A stretch of 64,000 nt of DNA from Acidobacteriota bacterium (GCA_013140775.1 JABFSA010000002.1:16467-80466); one strand, 5' to 3'; counted from the stretch's first letter, positions 31,301-38,416 are shown. The notes: a model not told the origin generated them from the letters alone. Translations and numbers: made by a program.

Positions 31301-31366
31301 GGCACGCCGATGTTCCGTGACATCAATACGCTGACATTCCGGCAGATTTTGCGGCCGGACGAATAG
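28337..31366 (+). CDS. Giant protein (about 1010 aa) with a PilX_N-type anchor, a candidate pilus tip or adhesin subunit
   Basis: The N-terminus ARRYADESGVALITALLIVMLMSALMVGMFAALSTDLRSQ has the PilX_N pattern. About 960 aa of Gly/Thr/Asn/Ala-rich sequence follow, containing 12 Cys. The start is the ATG at 28337 (GGGAG lies 6 nt upstream) or the ATG at 28304 (TAATG overlap with the preceding gene). Confidence 0.7.
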   Translation: MARARRYADESGVALITALLIVMLMSALMVGMFAALSTDLRSQVLARDQTTAYAAAHAGIEKATAGLAALFAQDFSPSAAQVTAIVATPPTIPGSTFTTPGGAEGSGYAISFTPDADGNPASQTKTITSGPFEGFQGLVTPYVVTSTAASDSLGTEVRLRREFQTVAVPVFQFGVFSETDLTFYAGDDFDFGGRVHTNGSLFVCEFAGTMTFSDRITAFGDVVHNFFSNGLAAASNGCNGDVNILTAPGTPRNLRQSPNEGSVTGMPGSAANGLWPGVVTTYNGYLRNGTTGARRLDLPLVSQGAEPFDLIRRPALGSNEHTSNAPVFGQRYFAQASLRILLSDRVADFTTLPTVTASAPVLLDGAWNTAPPAGYGPVDATHPPIARSIGPGSTQTVAGSTHAGSLSQIRVTDTAAGIPAVYKLPPLIVRKAGFADVPVTCTGKTATQFTGCTGNLARALPITVVATLPSGGTVTKNVTVATTAGGATITVAANDTAPYSPNLIWINKSGATVANTAVPVTCIGYTDVSPRRFIDCTGLTAAPASGLVITTSALANQNTGTIGGYIKIEKQSSSGVWTDVTMEILNLGIGAPNQGGTLCADPNTTAVIRIQRLRDNGGTACTYAASTNAWDWWPNTLYDTREGNFRDIATTSPMMLGGVMQYISLDVGNLKRWFSGAIGTTGTAAWNNNGYIVYFSDRRGDHNEGATTANIETAEYGFEDRVNPTTAAGTPDNVLQTGEDMNGNGTQQLYGRTPWNDAANIPAGAAAPYSTAGTPHTVIPIGNSGTGAAPVVGAGMARVNKVVLFRRALKLVNGGISGGVNNLPTAGLTVAAENPVYVQGNYNATTSPTAEPNVPAAVIADAVTVLSNNWKDSLSFEVPNARSERDATVTGYRFGVVAGKGLSFNHCGATCGSPGFLFGTDGGVGNFLRLLENWNIGGVSINYRGSVVSLHISRQAIGPFKYNTNVYDFGDRNFTFDTDFLTPTLLPPGTPMFRDINTLTFRQILRPDE

Positions 31367-31427
31367 CAGTCTGCTGCTCGAGACTCGAGCCCGGGACGGG
31401 CTCGAATCCACACGACCCTCCGGAGGC

Positions 31428-31457
31428 GGTGAGGCAGCCGGAGCCGGCTGCCTCACC
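31428..31457 (+). terminator. Perfect 14-bp GC-rich hairpin downstream of the giant pilin-like gene (no T-tract)
   Basis: The hairpin is GGTGAGGCAGCCGG ag CCGGCTGCCTCACC. A 7-bp hairpin (GAGCCCG gga CGGGCTC) precedes it at 31387-31403. It sits in a convergent intergenic region. Confidence 0.45.
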
Positions 31458-31664
31458 GGACCTGGCTTCCGACCTCGACAATCTCGTCGCACGGGAGCTG
31501 AGCGGCAGTTGGCACAAGTCAATGGAAGCGATGTGGGCGCGCGCGTGGCGGAAGTCTTGACGCGAACGAAACGCCTACTTCGAGCCAGCCATGACCGGCG
31601 TCACCGTGCGGTAGGTCGAACCATACCTGTACATTCGCATCATTGCACGCTTGAGCGTGCGCGT

Positions 31665-32912
31665 TCAGGACGACACGAGTGGAAACGTCAGGTCGATCCT
31701 CGCACCACCGCCAGAAGACACTCCGACGGTGACCCGGCCATTGTGGGTGACCACGATCTTCTGCACGATGGCCAATCCCAGTCCGGTACCGCGTGACCGC
31801 GTGGTGAAGAATGGCTGGAAGACCCGATGCCGTGCGGACTCCGGAATGCCCGGCCCGTTGTCGGTAACGGACACCCCACAACTGCCCCGCTTTCGGTCAA
31901 CATCCCCGGCGATCGCGATCACCGGCTGCACTCCAGCCGTTTCGCACGCCTCGGCGGCGTTGCGAAGCAGATTTCCGAACAGCTGCTTCAACAGGACGTC
32001 GTCACCCTGAATCTCGCCAAACTCTCCGCTCGTTTCGATCACCGTGCCCGCCGGCAGCTCGTGCTGCAGGTCGTCGCTGGCGCGCCTCACGAGCGGCCCG
32101 AGGGCGACCGGCGCAAACGACACGGTTTCGGGCCGCGCGAACTTCAGGAAGTTGGTGACCACCTGACCGAGCGCTTCGGTCTCGTTCCTGATGCCTTCCA
32201 CGTACGGGCGATACGCGGCGGGCAGCGTGTCGGGTGCCAACAGGCGGCTATAGCCGTGGATCGTCGCCAGACCGTTCCTGAACTCATGGGCGATGCCTGC
32301 TGTCAGCTCTCCGAGTCTGGCGAGCGCCTCCTTGAGCCGCAGCTGCTCCTCGAGTTCGACGACGTTCGTCAGATCCGCGAACAGGCAAATGACACCCGAG
32401 CGATTAGCGCCGAGCGGCGATACCGAGACACCGAAGTGTGACGATCGACCCGCACCTTGAATCTCGAGGGTCCGTCGCACGATGGGGTGCCCGGTTGCGA
32501 GACACTCGGCCACCGCATCCCTCAGCGGCACCGCCCGGGCGAGTAATTCCCTGTAATCTGCGCTTGGCGACACCTCCGACACATCAAGGAGGCCTCGGCC
32601 AGCGGGATTCAGGATCTCCACCCGGCCGGCGTCGTCCACGACAAGCAAGCCCGCCGTCAGGCTCTCGACGATTTGCCCGTTCAACTGCTCTGATGCGACG
32701 GCGCGCGCGTTCATCGCCCGCTCCTGCGCCTGAAGCCGGGTCATCGCGTCCTGTAGCGCGCTCGAGAGAAGCGTGGTGTCGTCTCCGCCCGCAGCAGGGC
32801 GTCTGGTGCGGCGAGTGCTGGAGGCGAGCTTCAGCAAGGCGATCATCAGGACACCCACCAGCATGGCCATGATGGCGGCGAGCCCCAAGAGCGCGTAGCC
32901 GTACTGATTCAT
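31665..32912 (-). CDS. Sensor histidine kinase (PilS2/NtrB-like), with no adjacent response regulator
   Basis: It has one N-terminal TM segment, a PAS-like region, the H-box HEFRNGLATIHGY, and N/G1/G2 ATPase motifs (NLLRNAAEA, DNGPGI, GTGLGL). Its start overlaps the pilD stop (ATGA). Confidence 0.88.
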   Translation of the reverse strand: MNQYGYALLGLAAIMAMLVGVLMIALLKLASSTRRTRRPAAGGDDTTLLSSALQDAMTRLQAQERAMNARAVASEQLNGQIVESLTAGLLVVDDAGRVEILNPAGRGLLDVSEVSPSADYRELLARAVPLRDAVAECLATGHPIVRRTLEIQGAGRSSHFGVSVSPLGANRSGVICLFADLTNVVELEEQLRLKEALARLGELTAGIAHEFRNGLATIHGYSRLLAPDTLPAAYRPYVEGIRNETEALGQVVTNFLKFARPETVSFAPVALGPLVRRASDDLQHELPAGTVIETSGEFGEIQGDDVLLKQLFGNLLRNAAEACETAGVQPVIAIAGDVDRKRGSCGVSVTDNGPGIPESARHRVFQPFFTTRSRGTGLGLAIVQKIVVTHNGRVTVGVSSGGGARIDLTFPLVSS

Positions 32913-33679
32913 GGGTAGAAGGCGAGGTACCAGGCGAGGATTGGATCGCCGGCCACGGCCGCGACCAGGGCGCCAACGGCCAGGAACGTGCCAAACGGCA
33001 GCGCGGCCTGCATGTCACCGCGCCCGGACGCCATCAACCCGACTCCGACAATCGACCCGGTGAAGGACGCGATCACGAGCGTCAGCACCATGAGCGGCCA
33101 GCCGAGAAACGCCCCGATCATCGCGAGCATCTTCACATCGCCCATGCCGAGGCCTTCCTGGCCCCGGATGCGCGAATAGGCCTCGGCAATCCCCAGGAGG
33201 ACACCGCCGCCGGCAAGAATCCCGAAGAACGACGAGACCCATCCCGGCGGGAAGAACCAGCTCGCCACAAATCCCACGGCAATGCCGGGGAGCGTGATGA
33301 CGTTCGGCAGAATCCTGTGCCGCAGGTCAATCGCAAACAGCACGATCAGCGCGCACGCAAACACCAGACGAACGACGAGCAGCGCTGAGAGGCCGTAGAC
33401 CATGACCCCGCCTGCAAAGACGATGGCGGTCGTCAGCTCGACGAGGGGATACATTGCCGAGATTGGCGCACGGCACGTGCGACATCGTCCGCCCAGCACC
33501 GCCCAGCTCAGGACGGGAATATTCTCGTACCATGAGAGCGGACGCCGGCACGCCGTGCAGTGTGACGCCGGCCATGTCACCGACGCGTTCTGAGGAAGGC
33601 GGTAGATGCACACGTTGAGAAAACTGCCGATGAGCAGCCCGAACAGTGCGCAGATGATGACGACGAGGAAAGGGGTCAT
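32909..33679 (-). CDS. pilD: Prepilin peptidase / N-methyltransferase (A24 family)
   Basis: It has a polytopic membrane profile, the Cys cluster (CTACRRPLSWYENIPVLSW...GRCRTCRAPI), and the Asp-containing motifs GMGDVK and GAFLG. Confidence 0.92.
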   Translation of the reverse strand: MTPFLVVIICALFGLLIGSFLNVCIYRLPQNASVTWPASHCTACRRPLSWYENIPVLSWAVLGGRCRTCRAPISAMYPLVELTTAIVFAGGVMVYGLSALLVVRLVFACALIVLFAIDLRHRILPNVITLPGIAVGFVASWFFPPGWVSSFFGILAGGGVLLGIAEAYSRIRGQEGLGMGDVKMLAMIGAFLGWPLMVLTLVIASFTGSIVGVGLMASGRGDMQAALPFGTFLAVGALVAAVAGDPILAWYLAFYP

Positions 33680-34572
33680 TGCGGGAGTCCGATCTTGACC
33701 CCAGCCGTCGGCAGCGGGTTCAGCCGGGACTGGCGATCGAGACCGACGACGCCGGCGTCGATCCGATACGGTACGCCTGTCGGATCAACCGGGTTGCCGC
33801 GAAGATAGCCAGCTTGATTCAACTCACCCCATCCAGACGCCTGCCGGCCCGTGCGGGCGGCATAGGACGAAACGGCACGCTGTAGCTGGTCGATCTGATC
33901 CATGGCGTCGAGTTGCTGGAGCCGGCGGCCCGCCTCACGACGGAACCAGTCACCCGCATCTTCCGACTCTGCAACCTGACGCCAGAGCTGTCGCGACGAC
34001 TCGCGACTGCCTCCAACCGCCAGTGTTGTCGCGGCGAGTGGCGCCATCCAGTTAGGGGCATTCGGAAACCTGGCAGCTTTCGCGAACCACGCAGCCGCCT
34101 CCGGATAATCCTGTCGCGACCAGTAGTGGACGAATCCGATCGCCTGCGCGAACTCCCACTTCTCCGGTTGCGCTTTCAGCCCCTTCTCCAGCAAGGCAAT
34201 CGCCAGGTCGGGCCGACCCGGTCCTCCGGGTGGCTCCTCTGCCAGAAAGATGGCTCCGAACTGATACGGCACATTGAAGTACGGATCGAGGGATACCGTC
34301 AGGTCGAGAAGTGGAAACAGCAGGTCGTACCGGTTGGTCGATTCTGTGGATCGCCGAGTCTCTCCAAAATGCTGCACCGCACGAATCCAGTAGGTATCGG
34401 CGAGCAGCGCGTCATAGGAGAGTGCCAGCCGTCGCATGGCTTCAGGTGAACGCACGTACAGCAGGTTCGTGCTCGTCGAGGCAGGTGGACCACCGCGGTG
34501 CTCGTGAAGCGCCTGCAAACCCACGACGCCCCCCATCAGCACGACGCACAACGCGACCACTCGAGCCTTCAT
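33676..34572 (-). CDS. Hypothetical exported, TPR-like helical protein (possible PilG-type accessory of the ABC transporter)
   Basis: The ATG at 34572 gives the signal/anchor MKARVVALCVVLMGGVVGLQAL. Helical repeats rich in W, Y, A and L follow. ATGA overlaps join it to both neighbours. Confidence 0.5.
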   Translation of the reverse strand: MKARVVALCVVLMGGVVGLQALHEHRGGPPASTSTNLLYVRSPEAMRRLALSYDALLADTYWIRAVQHFGETRRSTESTNRYDLLFPLLDLTVSLDPYFNVPYQFGAIFLAEEPPGGPGRPDLAIALLEKGLKAQPEKWEFAQAIGFVHYWSRQDYPEAAAWFAKAARFPNAPNWMAPLAATTLAVGGSRESSRQLWRQVAESEDAGDWFRREAGRRLQQLDAMDQIDQLQRAVSSYAARTGRQASGWGELNQAGYLRGNPVDPTGVPYRIDAGVVGLDRQSRLNPLPTAGVKIGLPQ

Positions 34573-35375
34573 TTGAAGTCGCGCCTCGAAAAGATCGCCA
34601 CAGCGCCGGTGATGAGGAGTGCAATGTAGACACAACCGTACAACGCCGTGGTCACCACGTACCCAGCCGGCACGGGCAGCGCATGAACGACCTGGTTCTT
34701 GATATCAAAGGCCGCAAAGTTGGGCAGGATGTAATAGAGCCCACGCGCGAGGAGCGCGGCCGGCCGAGACTCGACCACGGCCTCGAAATTTCTCAGGTCG
34801 GCATTGAAGTGACCGATCACCCAGAGCCCACACGTCAGTGCCGCCGACAGGAACGGGCTGGAGAACGTTGAAAAGAACAGCGCAATTGCCGTGACCAGGA
34901 GCAGCTCCACAAAAATCAAGACGATGGCCCGGAGCATTCCCGGGTCGGTGGCTGGCGCCGGCCACGCCGTGCGGACCACCTCCGGAAACTGCGTGTTCAA
35001 GTATGCGAGCACGGCATAAAACACCACGGTCATCACCGCCACGTTGACGAACAACGTCAACGCAAGTCCCGCGTACTTGCCGATGATGAACTCAGAACGG
35101 CGAATCGGTTTCGACAAGAGGCCGTAGATGCTGCGGCGCTCGACTTCCTTCCAGACCAATCCGATCCCGATGAACACCGAGATGAGGAGCCCAAAAATCG
35201 CGATCGCAGCCAGCCCGAGATCCTTCACGATCTTCACGTCCTGGCCGGCCGTGAGCTGCCCCAGCAGGTACGACACCGCGATGAGCAACGACGCGAAGGC
35301 CACGAGGTTGTACAGCACCTTGTCGCGTACGCATTCCTTGAAGACGTTCACGGCGACGTGACGGATGGTCCTCAT
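34569..35375 (-). CDS. ABC-2 type transporter permease
   Basis: 268 aa with six hydrophobic segments and typical ABC-2 permease architecture. Its start overlaps the ATPase stop. Confidence 0.8.
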   Translation of the reverse strand: MRTIRHVAVNVFKECVRDKVLYNLVAFASLLIAVSYLLGQLTAGQDVKIVKDLGLAAIAIFGLLISVFIGIGLVWKEVERRSIYGLLSKPIRRSEFIIGKYAGLALTLFVNVAVMTVVFYAVLAYLNTQFPEVVRTAWPAPATDPGMLRAIVLIFVELLLVTAIALFFSTFSSPFLSAALTCGLWVIGHFNADLRNFEAVVESRPAALLARGLYYILPNFAAFDIKNQVVHALPVPAGYVVTTALYGCVYIALLITGAVAIFSRRDFK

Positions 35376-36340
35376 CGCGCGACCGTCCCAAGCCCCCGAT
35401 CCTTCGGCGCCGTCCCGATCTGGCGCACGAAGAAGTCCTCGAGCGTTTCTCGAACTGGATTGATGGACACGAGTTGTACGCCCTGTGCTGTGAGACTCGT
35501 GGCCAGCCGGGCGGGTTCCACCGTGAGTGGCAGATCGAGAGCGAACCGCTGAGGCCCAAGCGGGATCGCGTGGGTCACCACGCCGTCGGTCTTCAACTTC
35601 TCGAGGTCCGAGTCGGTCAGCCCGACGACCACGATCTCCCAGCCGCGAACCTGAAACGCCAGCAGCTCCGAGAGATCGCCAGCCGCCACGAGCCGCCCGC
35701 CTGCCAGGACGGCTACGCGGCTGCAGAGCGTCTCAGCGTCGGACAGCACGTGCGAACTGAAGAAGACCGTGCAGCCTCGATCGCGGAGCTTGAGAATCAG
35801 GTGCCGAATCTCCCGTCGGCCGAGTGGATCGAGACCCGACATCGGCTCGTCGAAGAAAACCACCTCCGGGTCGTTGATGAGCGACTGGGCGATGCCGACG
35901 CGCTGCAACATCCCCTTGGAGAACTTGCGGAGCTGCAGCCGCCGTTCGGGGCCGATGCCAACCTCATCCAGGAGCATCTCAATCCGCCGGCGCCGGTCCT
36001 GTCCGCTGTAGCCGAACAGCCCGGCAAAGTACTCGAGCAGTTCCTCAGCGGTGAGGTGATCGTAAAAGTAAGGATTCTCCGGGAGGTATCCAATACGGCG
36101 TTTCACGCCCACGTCTCCGACGGGCTTGCCCAGAATTTCAGCGCGGCCAGACGTCGGATAGATCAGCTGCATGAGCAGCTTGAGCGTGGTCGTCTTGCCC
36201 GCGCCGTTGGGCCCGAGAAAACCGAAGACCTCACCCTGCCGGACGCTCAACGAGAGGCCGTCGAGCGCCAGATACGGGCGCGGTCGCCAGAAGCCGACGT
36301 GATAGTGCTTGGTGAGTGACTCGGTCGAAATCGCGTCCAT
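35372..36340 (-). CDS. ABC transporter ATP-binding protein (ABC-2 subfamily, PilH-like by context)
   Basis: It has Walker A (GPNGAGKTTT), a Q-loop, the signature FSKGMLQRVGIA, Walker B (VVFFDEPMSGLD), an H-loop (SSHVL), and a C-terminal extension of about 100 aa. Confidence 0.92.
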   Translation of the reverse strand: MDAISTESLTKHYHVGFWRPRPYLALDGLSLSVRQGEVFGFLGPNGAGKTTTLKLLMQLIYPTSGRAEILGKPVGDVGVKRRIGYLPENPYFYDHLTAEELLEYFAGLFGYSGQDRRRRIEMLLDEVGIGPERRLQLRKFSKGMLQRVGIAQSLINDPEVVFFDEPMSGLDPLGRREIRHLILKLRDRGCTVFFSSHVLSDAETLCSRVAVLAGGRLVAAGDLSELLAFQVRGWEIVVVGLTDSDLEKLKTDGVVTHAIPLGPQRFALDLPLTVEPARLATSLTAQGVQLVSINPVRETLEDFFVRQIGTAPKDRGLGTVAR

Positions 36341-36385
36341 GATGACGAGACCTAAACCCCTTATCGGGCTTCAGGTCCAGCCAGG

Positions 36386-37642
36386 TCAGGGCCTTGCCGC
36401 GAGATCCGCCGCATCCTGCGGCCCGGTGGCCTGCGGCTTGGGCGCGGGGCTCTTCTCGAGCTCATGCGCAATCGCGGCGTCGAAATAGGCCGGACGCAGC
36501 GTCGAACCAATCCGAATGCCGTTGATGAAGAACGTTGGCGTGCCTGATATCTGCAGCTTCTGCCCGAGTTGCGCGTCCGTCCGAACCGCCACGAGCGTCG
36601 CGTCGTACTTGTCGTCGAAGTCAGTGACCTGGGCGACCTCGTTCAGGCCCTCCTTCACGCGGTCTCGCGTGAGCGTGTCCTGGTTGGCGAAGAGCCACTC
36701 CTCCATTTCAGGTCCACGGTTTTTCGCGCGCGCCAGGCGAACCGCCACGGCCGCCTCGCACGCGGACGCGTGGATACCGCCCTGGTTGCACTCCGCTTCA
36801 AGGGGATAGTCCAGGCTGACGAACGCCACCTGACCCGGGTACGCCGTCGCGTACTTCTGCTGAATTCCCCGATACGCGAGGTGTGCCTGCCGGCAGGCCG
36901 GACATTGGTAATCGTTGAACTTCACCACGACCACCCTGGCGCCGTTCGACGGAACACCCAGCTCCACGCGCGGCTGTGCGTCCATCCAGGCGGTGAACTG
37001 AGCGACCTCGTCGGCGCCAAGAACCTCGGTCGGAGGAGGTGGAACCGATACCGGCGTGGAACTCGCCAACTCCGTTTCGCTGGGGAAGAACGCCACCAGT
37101 CCCAGTGCGGCGACGACCCACAGCACCCCCAGCGTGGCGACCATCGGATTGGCGATAGCTGTCTTCAGATCATCGCCAAGTCGCCCCGCGAGCGTGGTCA
37201 GGCTGGACGCCGCCGCACCTGACGCGGCGAACAGACCTATGACCGCGACGTACATCGTGAGACACAGTGGGCACATCTGGCGGAGGAGGAAGAACGAGGC
37301 ATAACCAAGGTACAGGACGCCCGCCAGACCGATCGTCGATAGCACGAACACGTAGCCCGCGACTCGACCGGCCTTTTCGGACCCCGCCGGCTTCATGCCC
37401 ATCACGCCCAGCATCAGCACGAGGGCCGACCACAGAGCGCCGCCCACGGCCACAGGGATCCCGAAGACCTTGCCGTACTGGCTGGTCAACACGGACTCGC
37501 AGCTGACCGTCTCGCTCACGTCGCAGAAGCTCACATACGAGGGATCCGCCAGAATCTGGTAGTGCACGTAGAGCGATGCGACGGACGCGGCCAAGCCCAG
37601 GGCCGCGAGTCCAATAATCAGCGTGCGGGCGTGTGTTTTCAT
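36386..37642 (-). CDS. Vitamin K epoxide reductase (VKOR) fused to a thioredoxin/DsbA-like domain
   Basis: The N-terminal half has the VKOR loop Cys pair (FCDVSETVSC) and the active-site CPLC within TM helices. The C-terminal half has the Trx-fold motif VVKFNDYQCPAC. Confidence 0.85.
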   Translation of the reverse strand: MKTHARTLIIGLAALGLAASVASLYVHYQILADPSYVSFCDVSETVSCESVLTSQYGKVFGIPVAVGGALWSALVLMLGVMGMKPAGSEKAGRVAGYVFVLSTIGLAGVLYLGYASFFLLRQMCPLCLTMYVAVIGLFAASGAAASSLTTLAGRLGDDLKTAIANPMVATLGVLWVVAALGLVAFFPSETELASSTPVSVPPPPTEVLGADEVAQFTAWMDAQPRVELGVPSNGARVVVVKFNDYQCPACRQAHLAYRGIQQKYATAYPGQVAFVSLDYPLEAECNQGGIHASACEAAVAVRLARAKNRGPEMEEWLFANQDTLTRDRVKEGLNEVAQVTDFDDKYDATLVAVRTDAQLGQKLQISGTPTFFINGIRIGSTLRPAYFDAAIAHELEKSPAPKPQATGPQDAADLAARP

Positions 37643-37670
37643 AGGATTCGATCCTGCCGCATCCTACAAC

Positions 37671-37737
37671 AAAAAAGGTCTCGGGCCCTGGCCTGAGCCC
37701 CAGCGCTGCGCTGGAACCCAAGCCCTGACCCGAGACC
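37671..37737 (-). terminator. Compound rho-independent terminator of pilA
   Basis: On the minus strand, GGTCTCGGG (37737-37729) pairs with CCCGAGACC (37685-37677). The stem encloses an inner CCAGCGC/GCGCTGG palindrome and is followed by TTTTTT (37676-37671). Confidence 0.6.
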
Positions 37738-37740
37738 CCC

Positions 37741-37768
37741 TAGAGACTAAAGACTAGAGACTAACGAC
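37741..37768 (+). repeat. Heptamer tandem repeat TAGAGAC TAAAGAC TAGAGAC TAACGAC in the pilA 3' untranslated region
   Basis: Four 7-nt units are present, or equivalently two 14-nt units identical at 13 of 14 positions. The first 21 nt are identical to the reverse complement of 60189-60209. Stop codons occur on both strands. Confidence 0.75.
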
Positions 37769-37792
37769 TGGCCCAGAGACTCACCTCGAACC

Positions 37793-38323
37793 TTACTGGA
37801 GGAAGGTGCCGTCGCTCATGTCGTCCGCGATGGCGGTACCGTCGGCCTTCTGATAGAGCGTGCCGCGCTGGTCGGTCGCGAACGAACGCTGACCCGTGCT
37901 GCCAACCGCCGAGGGCTCGGCGTGCGCGTAGAACGTGGCAATCGCGTCATCCGTCGCACCGTTACACGTGTCCGCCGCGTCCACGACAACCGTGGTGTCC
38001 GGCCCCGGATCGAGATTCACGAGATAGCCGCTCTTGGTCACGCCGTTACTGGCGAGGTCCGGGCTGATGAAAGGCACGCCGCCGGACGGAACCGCATACA
38101 GGTCTTCCAGCGACTGCGCATAGCCACCGCCACCGCAGCTGGCCGCGAAGGTTGCCTCACCGCTGCTGACCGCGCGGACGGAACCAATCGCCGACGCCTC
38201 GTTGCCCGACATGCGGGCGCGCAGCAGACCCGGAATCGCGATCGCGGCGATGATGCCGATGATCGCCACGACGATCAGCAGTTCGATAAGCGTGAACCCT
38301 TTGTTGTCCTGCATCTTCTTCAT
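37793..38323 (-). CDS. pilA: Type IVa major pilin
   Basis: The ATG at 38323 has GGAGAG 9 nt upstream and gives MKKMQDNKG|FTLIELLIVVAIIGIIAAIAIPGLLRAR. The globular domain has two Cys. The ORF extension to 38410 lies upstream of the predicted transcription start. Confidence 0.92.
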   Translation of the reverse strand: MKKMQDNKGFTLIELLIVVAIIGIIAAIAIPGLLRARMSGNEASAIGSVRAVSSGEATFAASCGGGGYAQSLEDLYAVPSGGVPFISPDLASNGVTKSGYLVNLDPGPDTTVVVDAADTCNGATDDAIATFYAHAEPSAVGSTGQRSFATDQRGTLYQKADGTAIADDMSDGTFLQ

Positions 38324-38416
38324 TTGAGTTGCTCTCCTCAGTTTGCTCGGTTGAACCGGGCCGCCGTAACATGCCGCTGAGGCACCGGCAGCGAAACTCA
38401 CCATGGCCATCCTTAG

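Noticed and set aside
35474-36319. 281-aa plus-strand ORF opposite the ABC ATPase gene
   Set aside because: This is a shadow ORF. The Walker A, signature and Walker B motifs are all in the minus-strand frame.
38324-38410. N-terminal extension of pilA (start at 38410)
   Set aside because: The extension would add 29 residues before the MKKMQDNKG|FTLIE leader. It has no Shine-Dalgarno sequence, and it lies at or upstream of the transcription start predicted from the sigma54 promoter at 38417-38432.
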